DNA of 64,000 nt from Azolla caroliniana (GCA_043228905.1 JBHGNT010000022.1:1240001-1304000); one strand, 5' to 3'. Shown: positions 25,949 to 39,196, counted from the first letter of the stretch. The notes: generated by a model from the sequence alone, not told the origin. Numbers and translations: made by a program.

Positions 25949-26377
25949 TGGGTGATGTGAAAATGTTGCTACATGTGTATTTAGGTTTAGCCACATTGTG
26001 ACACTTCTTAGGAAAATGAATAGAACTTTGATCGAGATGACAATGGCAAACTTTGTTGGTCCCTAGTTTATGTTGTTACACATGGTCATATCATTCTCTT
26101 AGTTATCTCTTTGCCCAAGTGCTATGCATGGCCATATCCTTTCTAGTTCACTGTGTGTTCATTATGTGAAAGGGGGCCTTTGAAATTAGAACTAGAAAAT
26201 TGAAAAGGATTCACTATTTAGAAAGTGGTAGTTACTAGAATACCCAAGTGTTTTCAAAATATTACATGAATATAGGCGTAAATTTTGTACCCTAGAAAGT
26301 AGTGTTTTGTCTAGTTTTCATAATTTACCCACCCTCAGGTCATTGAGGTAGAAAAACTTCCACCCTTTCAGAAGTTT

Positions 26378-28350
26378 TCATTTATTTTGTTTTGGTACAA
26401 AGCATATGAATCCGGAAGGTTGCATACAGATTTGGTTATATCCGCTGAATCCATCGAGCAAACTATACACCTCGTGTCCAGCTACGACATCTAGTACTTC
26501 GTTTGTAAAAGGTGGTGAAAACGCATCCATGATTGTGATTGCATTCAATATCCGGTAATTGATGCATACCCAGATTTTCTCATTTTTCTTGGATACTATG
26601 ATGATTAGGCTTAGCCACATGGCTTTCTTTATTGGCAGGATAAACCCTACTTTTAACAAGTTGTCAATCTCCTCAACCTTCAGCGCATAATCCGGATTCA
26701 TCCGGTAGCATCTCTGGGCTACCGGTTTTGTGTCCTTGCTCAGTCGTATCTAGAGTTGATACAACTTCGGATCCACTCCTTGCATATCCTCGTATGACCA
26801 CGAGAAGATGTCCTTGAATTATTTCAGCAATTCGACCATTGTCATCTTCTCGTCCAATGGCATTTCCTTGGTCATGTTCATTGGTCGTGATGCCTTGCTT
26901 GTGTTGAGATCAACTTCCTCCATTGTGCAGGCTTTTACTCTTAGTGACATGGCCATCTCCCTTCTAAAGCTTCATTGGCTTGCCCGAGTTCTCGGATCGC
27001 CTCCCGATCCGGTTCATTGGCTTCTTTCTCCCAGTTTGTAATGTACGGTGTGATCGTCTTTGCTACACCTACCTCGAATAACGGCACTATCTTGGGATTT
27101 TACTCCAAAGATTGGTCCACTTCTTCGCCTGCCAATCTATCCAGCATGTTGATACCTTCGGCATATAATGGTGTTAACTATTTTCTCGTACCAGTCCGTT
27201 CTTGTGTCGGTACCCAAACATTAGTTTGCCCATTGTATGAACCATACGTACCATATGTGCATTTGCATTCACGAATGTTTCAATCATTCGAGAATGGTAA
27301 ACACCCTCAAAGAATGATAAATACCATACTTTTGGATTAACTATTAATTATGAGGTAAATAAGTCTAAAAAAAGGAAAAAAAAACAAAAAAAAACCTTAG
27401 AAAAATGGGAAAAAAAACCCACAAGAATGTTTGAATAACATTCGCATTCATTTTCCAACGTAGGAAAACGAATGTTATGCTAGATGTACATGAATTTTAC
27501 ATACTATGGTTTTGCCTCACTGGAAACTAATCATATTCTTTTGCCAGTTTTGCTTGATATGTGCCTTCTTTAGCCAAGGTTCGCCCAACAATAAAGGGTA
27601 TGCACTTGGTGCATTCAACTGCAGCACGACCGCAGAGATTTGGAATGCGTGTCCTCCAATTGAGTAGTCTGGTTGGTCGGACCGAACTTGTGTCGGCCAT
27701 TCACAACTAGAATGGGCACGACTCCCATTCTCAGATTCCCATCGTATCACATGTTTTTTTGCTTATTATGTTTATGCCAAATCCTCTGTCTATGATTGTG
27801 CCAAGTACTTCATTGCCCTTGATGATCATGATCACGGTTAGACTGTTAGTGTCCACCATTGCCGGCCCTTTGCTTGGATTTGTGAAGTATGTGGGTGCCG
27901 CTGCCGGTCTTGGTGGTGATAGTGTTGATTTCAGGCTTTCGATGAATCGGGGACCCAATTGCAATAGTCTGCCTAGTGGCAACATGATTTGGCATTGCTG
28001 CAATGCAAAGGGTCTTCTTCCGTGATTCTGGTTCCTTCTTTTGGCTGCTTGGCTTGTTCCTATAGCTCATCGATATTTCATTAATTGGCCTACTATATCC
28101 ACTCCATGGTCGCTTTCCAGACTGTTTCCTGTGCTTCCCATTCATCCATTTTTCCCTTTGACTGGGTCGTGACTTGTTGAACATTCGTCACTTCGGCGAT
28201 CATCATATTTACCGCTGGTTGTTTCTCTTTAAGTTTCATAGGGCATTGGCTGCTATAATGAACCTCCTGTCGGCAATAGTAGTAGTATATATTTCGGCCC
28301 CCGCTTGATTCACCTTTTTCTTCGTTTGTTGGTGCAATACCGAGAGCCAT
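26378..28350 (-). mobile_element. Degenerate Ty3/Gypsy remnant (zinc knuckle, protease, RT N-part)
   Basis: Minus-strand fragments CRQEVHYSSQCP, TIIDRGFGINII, YPLLLGEPWL and VAGHEVYSLLDGFSGYNQI, with many stops and frameshifts. Confidence 0.85.
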
Positions 28351-29163
28351 CCATGTTGTAGGTTTTAGGGTTAGGGTTAATGATTATGACAATAATGAAG
28401 ATAGAAATAGGGTTAGCGATATTGATTATGTCAGCATAAAAGACCGACTCCTTCCACTTTGTATCTTAGTGTGAACACGTCTTGAAGTTAGGGTTTGAGC
28501 ATATATGCTCAACCATAACATTGTAACGTTGATTCTTCTTGTATCTTGAGTCTTTGAAAGTGTAAGAGTTACAGAATAACGAAAGCTTCCATTAGAGCTT
28601 GAACCATGTATACGTTTCAATCATTTCTGCCACATTCTCTATGTTGTTTGCTATGCACATAACCTACAAGTCTTCAAATTTTTTTAGCATATCTGTCTAC
28701 AAGTGGTATCAGAGCGACTGATTGCTCGGCGGCAACAAAATAAGCCAAGAAAGTTGAAAAAGAAGACAAGGTCAGTAAAAACTCACTTTCGAAAAAGAAT
28801 ATGGCTTCAACATTGGAACATGAGTTGAAATCCGAAAGTTCGATGGCAAAAATTTTGCCTTGTGGAAGGAGATGATGTAGGATGTGCTGATCATTAGAAG
28901 ACAAGATGAAGGTATTCATGGAAGGAGATGATGTAGGATGTGCTGATCATTAGAAGACAAGACGAAGGTATTCAACACAATGAAAAACCCACTTCAATGT
29001 CAGTTGAAACATGGAGATCATTAGACAAAATCGTGCGCTCCACCATCCGATGGCCAAGGAGATGACAACATTCTCGTTATTGGAGAAGTTGTAGGTTGTG
29101 TACGAAGTTGATACCGATCAGACAAATCTTTAACATGAAGATGAGAGAAACCAATCTAGCCAA

Positions 29164-32100
29164 TGTAATAGACAAGATGCCACATGGAATGGTAAGGGTT
29201 AAACCCATGACCTTTTGGTCTTATTGGGCAACCTTACCAGTTGAGCCACATCCATCTATGCTTATTGTATTGTATAAGATTCAACTTATTTCATTATAGA
29301 TTGATCACTAGAACTTTCAAGAACCTTCTAGAGAATGCATCTTCATGCACTCTCTAGAAGTCTTCTAGCTTTCATGCATACTGCCACATTCTTGTATAAA
29401 TATTGGGGTGCACCTTGATTACAATCAAGGTGAACAACACAAGTTATGAAAGCATATATAGTTCTTGTTTATTTGTCTATCCTCCGTCTTGCTTGTTCTC
29501 TTGGTTATGCTCTCTCTCATGCTATCTCTTAATATTTAACCTCATCTACTTGTCCTTGACAATCTTGTGATCTTGCTTATCCTCTCGATCTCTCTTAGTA
29601 CTTAGCCTCATTCCACCTGTTCGTGATAATTTATTCACCTTCCCATTTTCTAAACCTCAACATGTCAGATCTTACCAAGAGAATAAATCAGCTTGTGGAA
29701 GCCATGCACCAACTTCAACTTGAGAATGACAACCTTCAGGAATCATTACAGAAGCTTCAAGTTGGAACACCAATGGAACTTGAAGAAAAAAACAACTCTC
29801 CTCCTACATCAACAAATGTTCTACCTATAGAGCCTGGTTCATCATCTAGGCTTTCTCCGACTCCTCTCCATCCCACTACAAGTATGGAGCCCAAGTTTAG
29901 TTTACTTGACAAGTTCGATGGCACGATGAAGCACTTTCGAAGGTTTATAAATCAGATCAAGCTTATTATCCAACTACAACCTCAACAATATGCAGATGAT
30001 TTTCGTTAAGTTGGTCTCATCGGGACCCTTCTGTGTGGAGTTGCACAAGCTTGGTTTGCACCGTTGGTCGAGACTTCATCACCACTTCCACAAAATTTTC
30101 TTGCCTTTCTGGCAGAGTTTGAGGCAACATTTGGGGATACGGACTGACTCCGAACTACCATCACCAAACTCTATTCATTACATCAAGGTATCCGTCCGGT
30201 ATCCATTTATGCCTCTAAATTTAGACAATTAACATGTGATGTTCAGTGGGATGGCCAAGCTCTCTGCGACCATTTTCATCGTGGCTTTTGAAGCGAGATT
30301 AAAAATTTAACACTCAACTTTCCGGAGCCTACATCATTGTCGCAAGCCATCACACAAGCAGTTAGTTGTGAAAATCGGTTGTTTGAGCTTCTTCAAGAGG
30401 AACGAACTACTTCAATGTGGCAACCCTCTTCGAGATATTCTCCATTGTCATCGTACAATGACCCCGAGCCGATGAAATTGATCGAGCTCCCGCTCCGCCA
30501 CTCACTGAGGTTGAATGGAGGTATCGCTGAACCAACGGACTATGTTTATATTGTGGTGCATCCACCCATCTAATTCGTTTTTTTCCAATCAAGAATAATC
30601 AACAACAAATATCTACAAACAATATGACAAGACGGCCCCAACAAACAGAAAACGACGGTGTCCAACTACAGTAGGAGCTATGTGGTTGGACAATCCGCAT
30701 TTGTGTCGCTCCCATAGTTCGACTACATCGACATAAGATTTCTCCTTTCCGGTAAGCATCCATTTCACGTCGATTTCAATTAGGTCCTTAGCACTTCTCG
30801 ATTCCGGGGCAACAACGTGTTTTATGGACGAAAGGTTCGTTCATAAACACAAATTTCCAGTTGTCCGATTGTCCAAGCCAATCTCAATGGAAGCTATCGG
30901 TGGATGCATGCTTTCTTCGGGAACAGTCACCGAAGCCACTCTCCCACTTATCTTATAGCTCGGGGACCACCAGGAGGCCTTAACATTTTATGTTATCACT
31001 TCACCACGACATCCGGTCATCCTTGGTTGGTCTTGGCTGAAGGCACTGAATCCACTGGTTGATTGGCGCAATCACTCGATTACTTTCTCCCAAACCAGCT
31101 CGGAGGTGCAAGCAATATCTCATGTTGGTGCAGGCGCTCACCCTCCGCTTAATGCAGGAATCAGCTCCAAGGCGGATGTTCACATCCCAGTCACAACAAG
31201 GAAAATAGTGCATAGTGTCTCTACGTCGAGCAATCCAATGAGGACAACTATTGACTCACTACCGTCCAAGTATGAAGAATTCAAGGATGTGTTTGAGAAA
31301 AAGAATGTTGATCACTTGCCTGAGCATCGACGCTACGACAGTCCGATCGATCAACAAGAAGGTGCTAGTCCTCCCTTTGGCCCAATTTATGGGTTGTCAG
31401 AACCAGAACTCTAGGCACTCCAAACTTATCTCGATGAGAACCTTGAAAAGGGTTTTAGTCAACCCTCAAAATCATCAGTAGGAGCTCCTATTTTGTTCGT
31501 GAAAAAGAAAAATGGCTCCTTACACCTCTGCGTTGACTATAAGGGTCTAAACAACATTCTTGTTCGCAACCGCTACCCACTGCCTCTCATTCCAGAGCTG
31601 TTGGATCAACTCCGGACTAGGAAGATCTTCTCTAAGATTGACCTATGGGGAGGATACAATCTGGTATGGGTCAAACCTGGAGATGAATAGAAAACCGCCT
31701 TTAGAACGTGTTACGGTTGGTTGTCCCATTTCGGGCACAAGATGTGCAATCATTCCTTGGTTTTGCCAATTTTTATCGTCGCTTCATCAAAGGATTCTCA
31801 GTGATCGCACAACCTCTCATTGCTCTTACCTGCAAGGATGCTACTTTCGAATGGATAACAACCGCCCAAAAGGCGTTTGACTTGCTGAAACAAGCCTTTA
31901 CTATGGCACCAATCCTTTTACATCATGACCTTGCTAAGCCTTTCCGAGTCGAAACAGATGCTTCCGATTTCGCCGTTGGGTCGATCCTCTCCCAGCCAAA
32001 TGAGGTCGGTGTGCTTCACTCGGTGGCTTACTACTCCTGCAAATTCATGGCCCCAGAAATAAACCACCCCATATACGACAATGAGTTTCTCTCTATTATT

Positions 32101-34361
32101 GCTACTTTTGAAGAATGGAGATCCTATTTAGCCGGGGTGCAACATTGTATCCAAGTGATTACTGATCACAAAAATCTAATATAGTTTTCTACCACACAAA
32201 CCTTAAATCGTAGACATGCGCAATGGTCAACCTTCTTGGCAGACTATGATTTTGAGATAATCTTTTGACCAGACGCTCAACACACGACGACGGATGCCTT
32301 ATCCCGTTAGTTTGAGTTCGAGCTCACTCTGGAGGATGAAGCCTATGTTTAGTAGTCCCAGAGTTTGTTAAAGCCTGACCAATTCTACAACTTCACGACT
32401 TTCTTGCTCCGGGATGACTTTGTGCTCAAGAAAATAGCAGGTGCCACTACCACTGACAAGTTCACCACAGAGAGTATCACAAAGCCTTCCCATGAACCCA
32501 AAAGACCTGATTTAGCTCATTTTTCAATTAAGGATAATCTTTTGTATGTCCTAGAAGGTTCTTGTCAGACAAGGGTGCTTCACGAGTGTCATGATGATCC
32601 ACTTGTTGGTCATTTTGGCGTTGCGAAAAGCTTGGAGTTGATATCTCGGGGATACTGGTAGCCACAACCATGGAAATTGGTCAAACAGTTCGTTAAGTCA
32701 TGCGATGTTTGTACTCGCTCTAAAGCATCTCATCATTGACCATATGGTCTCCTTCACCATCTCCCAATCCCCAAACAGCCTTGGGCCTCTCTTTCCATGG
32801 ATTTCATCACTCACCTTCCCTTTGTTGGTGGTTATGACTGGGTATTCGTCATGGTCGATCACTTCACCAAGATGGCTCATTTTTCTCCATGTGCCAAAAC
32901 CATTACTGAAGAGGATACATCCGATTTGTTTTTCAAAAATGTGGTTCGACTACATGGACTCCTGGACAATATCACTTCTGATCGAAGACCACAATTTGTT
33001 TCCAATTTTTGGCAGCACCTTTTGCAAACTTTTGATTGTACTGTGAATCTGTCTTCCACCTATCATCCACAAACCGATGGACGAAAGGAGCGGGTTAACC
33101 AAATCTTGGAACAATACTTGTGGTGCTCTCTTAGCTACCAACAAGACAACTAGGTTGAGCTTCTCCCACTTGCCGAGTTCGCCTACAACAACTTTCTGCA
33201 TGCATCTACAGGAGTTACTCCATTTTTCGCAAACTACGGTCTCCACCCCGCTTCAACATTTCACTTCCCTCTAACTCTGTCAATCCTTCTGCGGAGGCTC
33301 GGGCATGTCTTTTGGAGGATGTACATCGTGATGTTTCCTTGGAGCTCACCCTCGCTGGCGAACGCTACAAGGAGCAAGTTGATTGTCTTCGCTTAGATGC
33401 TCCCCGGTTTGAGGTAGGTGACTTTTTTTGGCTTCTCCGTCGCAATATTGCCACCACTCGTCCTTGTCTGAAGCTTGATTACAAGAAGTTATGCCCTTTT
33501 TGAATCATCGAGAAAATTGGTTCCATGGTTGTTCGCTTAGAGCTACCATCCCACTTATGTATTTATAATGTATTCCATGTCTCCCTTCTGGAACCTCACC
33601 ATATATCTGAAATCCCTAGTTGATACCCATCTCCTCCACCACCAATCCAGCTCTCAACTGGAGAAGAATATGAGGTCGACCAAATTCTCGACTCTCATCT
33701 CTTCCGTCACCAGCTTCAATACCTTGTCCTCTGGAAAGGGTACCCGATCTCCGAAGCAACATGGGAGCCGTCACATCATCTCAAGCATGCCCCCGACATA
33801 GTTCGAGCATTTCATGAACGTTATCCACAAAAATTGGCCGCGGGTCCTAGGAGGTGGCCTTAGAGGGAGGATAATGTCATAGACAAGATGTCACATGGAA
33901 TGGTGGGGGTTGTACCCATGACCTTTTGGTCTTATTAGGCAACGTTACCAGTTGAGCTACATCCACTTATGCATTATTGTATTGTAGAAGATTCAACTTA
34001 TTTTATTATAGATTGATCACTAGAACTTTCTAGAACCTTCTAGACAATGCATCTTCATGCACTCTCTAGAAGTTTCCATGCACTCTCTAGAAGTCTTCTA
34101 GCTTTCATGCATACTGCCACATTCTTGTATAAATATTGGGGTGCACCTTGATTACAATCAAGGTGAACAACACTAGTTACGAAAGCATATATAGTTCTTG
34201 ATTATTTGTCTATCCTCTCGCTTGCTTGTTCTCTTGTCTATGCTCTCTCTCCTGCTATCTCTTAATATTGATCCTCGTCTACTTGTCCTTGAAAATCTTG
34301 TGAACTTGCTTATGCTCTTGCTCTCTTTTAGTACTTAGCCTCATTCCACCCGTTCGTGACA
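29164..34361 (+). mobile_element. Two-LTR Gypsy chromovirus (Tcn1/Tf1-like), decayed, RT core deleted
   Basis: LTRs 29164-29628 and 33875-34361, PPT before 33875, and a degraded 5-bp TSD (GCCAA / ACCAC, ancestral GCCAC fits the host gag). Domains: gag, protease LLDSGA, RT N-terminus, RNase H ETDASD, integrase and a chromodomain EYEVDQILD..YLVLWKGY..EATWEP (~33660-33790). Confidence 0.93.
29185..29254 (-). promoter_or_regulatory. tRNA-like Pol III A/B-box module in the chromovirus 5' LTR (antisense)
   Basis: Minus strand reads GGATGTGGCTCAACTGGTAAGG...ATGGGTTTAACCC...CATTCCA. A homologous copy is at 33896-33965. Confidence 0.65.
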
Positions 34362-36086
34362 ACCACCTCCCACATCAACACCTTCGGCTGGGTGTTGTCT
34401 GAACTCTCCTCCCAATGGATTAACTTCGAAGAAGAAGTTAAAGCCCTTGCCCTCCTATTGAGCTTGCCGATGAGTTGGGAGGTATTTGGCAGGATATTTG
34501 CTAATAGCCAACCAAATCTAAATCTAGAGGAAACAGTTGGCCAAGTCCTCAATAAGGATATTCGGCAAAAATCGATGGGACTCACCATCGACGAGTTGGT
34601 AGAAGCCCACCACTCTATGGAGTCAATCGACCGACTGAGTCAATCGAGAGAACAGGTTGACAAAATTGGTTGAAACACTAATCGATCAAAAATGAGGGGA
34701 ATTTGACAGTGGTTGAAGTCTAGAATGAATTGATCAAGCGAATTCTGCACTCATAGAAAAGCTGATCACAATGTTTCCAACTGCTAGTTGATCAAGAGGA
34801 AAGAGAGTGGTCAGCAACACGAGCGGAATCAAGGAAAACCTGACTCAAACCACTCTCCAGTTGGCAACGAAATCAATGTTGCTGACTCCCGATTAAGAAA
34901 AATCCTCTTTCTAGAGGACTTAGTGATCAGGAAAGTTCTCTATAGTGCGCAAGATGAACATACGTGGTTGCTAGATTCTGGTGCCACATGTTGCATGACC
35001 CCGAACATTGAATGGTTCTTGAGCTATTTGGCCGATGCCAACGGCATAGTTTGACTATAGAATGGGCAGGCGTATTGTCATTACAAGAATTAGACCCGAA
35101 GTCTGCACTCTCTCTACTACAAGGTGGTACCACAGCCCCTAGAGCTCATGCATACAGATATATGTGGGCCTATGCTTGAGTGATCTCTAGGAGGCTCCTG
35201 GTACTTCATCACTTTTGTCGATGATTGTATATGGAAGGTTTGGGCCTACTCGATCAGGTCCAAAGAAGAAATGCTCGAGGTCTTCACCGGGTGGATAATT
35301 GAAGTGGAGAACTGATTATGATATAGAGCGAAGACCCTCTGATTTGACATCAGAGGAAAATACACCTCCCGAACCTTCAAATAATACCTATCTGACAAAG
35401 GGATCTGGCATCAAAACACCGTTCGATACACACCCATGCAAAATGGAGTGGATGAACGGATCAACCGAACGATATAGGAGAGGATGATGACAATGCTCCA
35501 GCAAGCCGGACTGAAGCTAGAGTTCTTCGTTGAATCATTGTAGACGGCAATATATCTAGTCAATCTGTCACTGTCAAAAGCAATCTGGCTCGAAGTGCAA
35601 CAAGCACTATGGTCATGCAAACAACCAACCTATGATAGGCTTTGTATATTCAGATGTGAAACCTACGCATTCAGCCCCAGGGAGAAACAGACCAATTTGG
35701 CACCCCCTGCAATGAAATGCATATTTCTAGGTTATGGAACTGATGGGGAATTCGGCTATAGGCTATGGGACCTAGAGAACCGGAAACTAATCCAGAGTAA
35801 CGATGTATTCTTCAATGAAGACTCCATCCTCTCTGAGCAGATCTAGATGAAAATAGTTGGCAAAAAAGTATCATTCGAAATTGACAGAGATGTCATAGAA
35901 GGACCATCCTATCGGGCCAAATCGGAGATTCGACAAATAATCGAACTCATCCAACCCGACAACACACCTGTCGACTCCAAATCGGTAGGAGGTCCACTAG
36001 TTGAGCTCCAAGACAAAGCCATCAAAGACAATGCCGAATCAACAAGAGTTGAAAAAGGCAAAGGCAACAAGGTGCCAGTTGGAAAC

Positions 36087-38909
36087 TGTTGGCCGGTTAG
36101 GCTAGAGTATGAAAGGGGGGCCGGTTCTGGGAGTTGTAATTAGATAAATTATGATAATTATAAGATCGGATGGACAGACCCAGAATCAGTATGCCGATTT
36201 GAATCCGGACCGGTTCGTAGCCGGTTGCTGGTTGGCACCGGTTTCTAACACAACTGAATACCTATAAAAGGATCCAGTGACGATGTACTTAACAACGGAT
36301 AATTAATAGAGAAGTGCTATGGATTTACCTATTGTCTATCTTATTAATGCCATTCTGTGCTTAATGTGATTATCATACGAGTGTATCAAGTTAATCATTC
36401 CGGATAGTAACTGGGAAGGACCGGTTCTGTATTACAGTCTGCACATTCCTTACCGTACCACCCCTTTGGTGAAGTGTTCAAGAGGGACACCTTGTGTTAG
36501 TGGCTTGTCCAGCCCAGGATTAACAACACACTTTTTGGCGACCACTAAGGCGACCCCCCCTTTGGAGACGAAGTCGAAGACTAATACGTGGCAAAGACTA
36601 ATATGAATTGTACGAGAATGTTGGCGATAATGTGCGAGAAATCAAATGGACAATGTGCGGGACATGGTGATGGTGATTGGCCGTTGAGGTCGAGGAATGC
36701 AACACGGTGATGTTGTGCGAGAGGACGTCCTAAAAGGATACGCAATAGATGTATGTGCAAGCGTGCGGTTAGCAACAATGTGCGTGTGCAGGAAAGCGTG
36801 GTGCGAGAGACAACCAAAAAGACAAAGACAAATAGGCTGGATGGACAAATACGAACGGAGACACCATCAGCAATGAACAAGTGACAAGACAATGATGATG
36901 AACGTAGATGGAGCGGTCGAAATAGCCCGACAACAACCGTAAAGCGACCGGAACGACGGCCAAGAAGTGGCCAGAATGGTCGGATAGCATTCAGAAGGGT
37001 CGGATAGGGGCTGGAGTGACAATGACGGCTTAACAACCGATGACAAGAACAATGATGACGCCGAAAGAAGACCGAAGAGACACTGGCCAAAGATGGAGTC
37101 GGCCGAACAGAGGCCGAACAGTGGAAAGCATGAGAAAAGCAACAGTGACGGAGCGGAAGCCGACCAAAATGGCCAGAGATGGGAGCAGTCGAACCGACTG
37201 CCGGAAAACTGGCCGGAACGGACCAGACGATGATCGGAACGGGCCGGACTAAGACGGATCGATGGCCAGAACGACAACACCGACAGAGACTGACAAGAGA
37301 CCGGAAAAGCGCCAATCGGAGAGCGGCCAGAGTGGACGAACAACGCCGGAATGGAGCCAAAGGCACAAACGCGAACTCAAACGGACGGAAACCGACAAAG
37401 ATGGTGACGGAGTCCGCAACGGTGTGGTGTCCGGACAACGGCCAAGACATAGATGGAAAAGGCTGGAGAGGCGGCCAAACCGAGGGTCGAACAACGGAAA
37501 GAGACCGACTAGACAGGGCCAAACAAAGAGAGAGACGCCAACGTAGATGGATAGCGAAGCGATGGACGGAGCAACAGAGATGGACGAGAAACAAAACAGA
37601 GAAAATAGAAAGAAGAAAGAAGAAGACAAATGAAGCAGAGAATAAGAAGAAGAGAGAAGAGCAATGTAGAGAAAAAGAAGAATAAGAGAAAGAAGCAAGA
37701 GATAGGAAGAGGAAGATAGAAGCCTCAGAAGAAAAGAAGATGAAGAAAAGAAAGAGAGAAGGGAAGAAGAAACAAAAAATACAGAGACAGAAAGAGGAGG
37801 AAACAAAAGAAAGATACAAAACAATGGGAAGAAGGAAGAAGAAGAACTAGAAGAAAACACAAAAGGAGAGCGAAAAAGAAAAAGAAAAGGGGTGGTACGG
37901 TAAGGAATGTGCCGACTGTAATACAGAACCGATCCTTCCCGGTTACTATCCGGAATGATTAACTTGATACACATGTCAATACAACAAGGGGTTGTCACGA
38001 GAGCAGAGCCAACACCGCAACCGCAACCGGCAAGGCAACAAGGCACTGACAGTCAATGGTTGCGATGGATCGGAGAGTAGGTGGCCGGGGTTGTAAGCCA
38101 AATTGAAGCAGAAGAGAGAGCACAATGGGATCGGTTGTTCACCACAACCGAAGAGATCGAGAAGGCCCGGTCAAGGATCCGGAGCATGGAGGAAGAAGTG
38201 GAGAAGGCCAAAGCAGATGCGGCCAAGCTGGTCAGTGAGGGACCAACAAGACCAGAACCGGTGGCGCCGGTTAATAACCAAGTGAATAGCGCAACGGTGG
38301 CTCCTACAGCACCAAACACAAGTATTACATGGGCGCAAGAAATCTCCACTTTCAGGGAGGAGTAGAAGCCCAGGAGGCCTTGAGGGCTAGAGAACGAGAG
38401 CAGAAGAAGGCAGTGGAGGAAGAGAAACGAAGAATCGAAGAAAACCTCCGGAAAAGCTACCAATTAAATGATCGGTTGAAGGAAGAAAAGGAGAAGCTAC
38501 TACAAGAGAAGTATAAGCTCTGGCGATCGGCGGAAGTCGAAATCAAGCGGCTCAAAAAAGAACTCCGGCAGCAAAAAGACCGGGAAGACCACGCCCGACA
38601 CCAAATAAACCAAAAGCTGAAGCAAAAGACGGAGGATTTTGAACGACTGCACCGGGATCACAAGCATTTGGATGTAGAGCACAATAAGTTGATTGCAGAA
38701 GGTGACCGACAATAGGAGAAGCTAAGGGCACTCCGGAATGAGGTCAATAGGGCGACGGAGGCATTGGCGGAAGAGCGGACCAAGGCGGTCGACATGGCAA
38801 AGGCATTGGAAGAAGCGGCAAGGAACCGGATGGAGCTCACCTAGCAACATTATGAGGAGACGAAACAAGCAAAAATGGCGCTGAACAAAGTTAAGACAAC
38901 TTATAAAAC
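36087..38909 (+). mobile_element. 5' part of a Gypsy-like (Tat/Ogre-like) element: LTR, PBS, long purine-rich leader, decayed coiled-coil ORF
   Basis: LTR 36087-36528 (TGTTG..CAACA, TATAAAA at 36263), PBS-like TGGCGACCACT at 36536, and an ORF from ATG 37973 with stops and a frameshift. No pol is visible, so the lineage is tentative. Confidence 0.7.
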
Positions 38910-39196
38910 TCAATTGCTACAATTGGCATTGGATAAAATAATACCCTCCGTTTGCACGGTCTCTCCATTAGGGTCTCTAATAACGAGACCTCTACCCACC
39001 GAATGTTTCACCTTATGAAACGCTCCATCAAAGAATAACGTGAAAGCATCCTCCATATCTAGTTCAGGAAGCACATCTCTTATCTTTGTCAATTTCTCCT
39101 CACGAACGTTTTCTCTAAAAGTAAGAAGATCCGCCAACTCCGCACATATGGTAGACTCAAGCTTAACCTCAAAATCATATTCAACTAATTGGAGAG

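Larger units (their letters stand above)
28354..36086 (+). mobile_element. Degenerate Ty1/Copia element (5' LTR, PBS, gag, protease, integrase), split by a chromovirus insertion and truncated by another LTR
   Basis: LTR ~28354-28701 (TG..CA) and PBS TGGTATCAGAGC 28704-28715 (tRNA-iMet). Gag starts at 28801 and resumes at 34362 (..ALALLLSLPMSW..). Also protease WLLDSGA and integrase KCIFLGYG. A ~55 bp tandem duplication lies at 28864-28973. Confidence 0.88.

Noticed and set aside
28360-28380. TTTTAGGGTTAGGGTT as an interstitial telomere
   Set aside because: Only two units, inside an LTR; a common motif.
36581-38046. 412-aa and 265-aa antisense ORFs
   Set aside because: Their composition follows from the purine-rich, T-poor leader and no domain is recognisable. 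They would only be credible if conserved across family copies.
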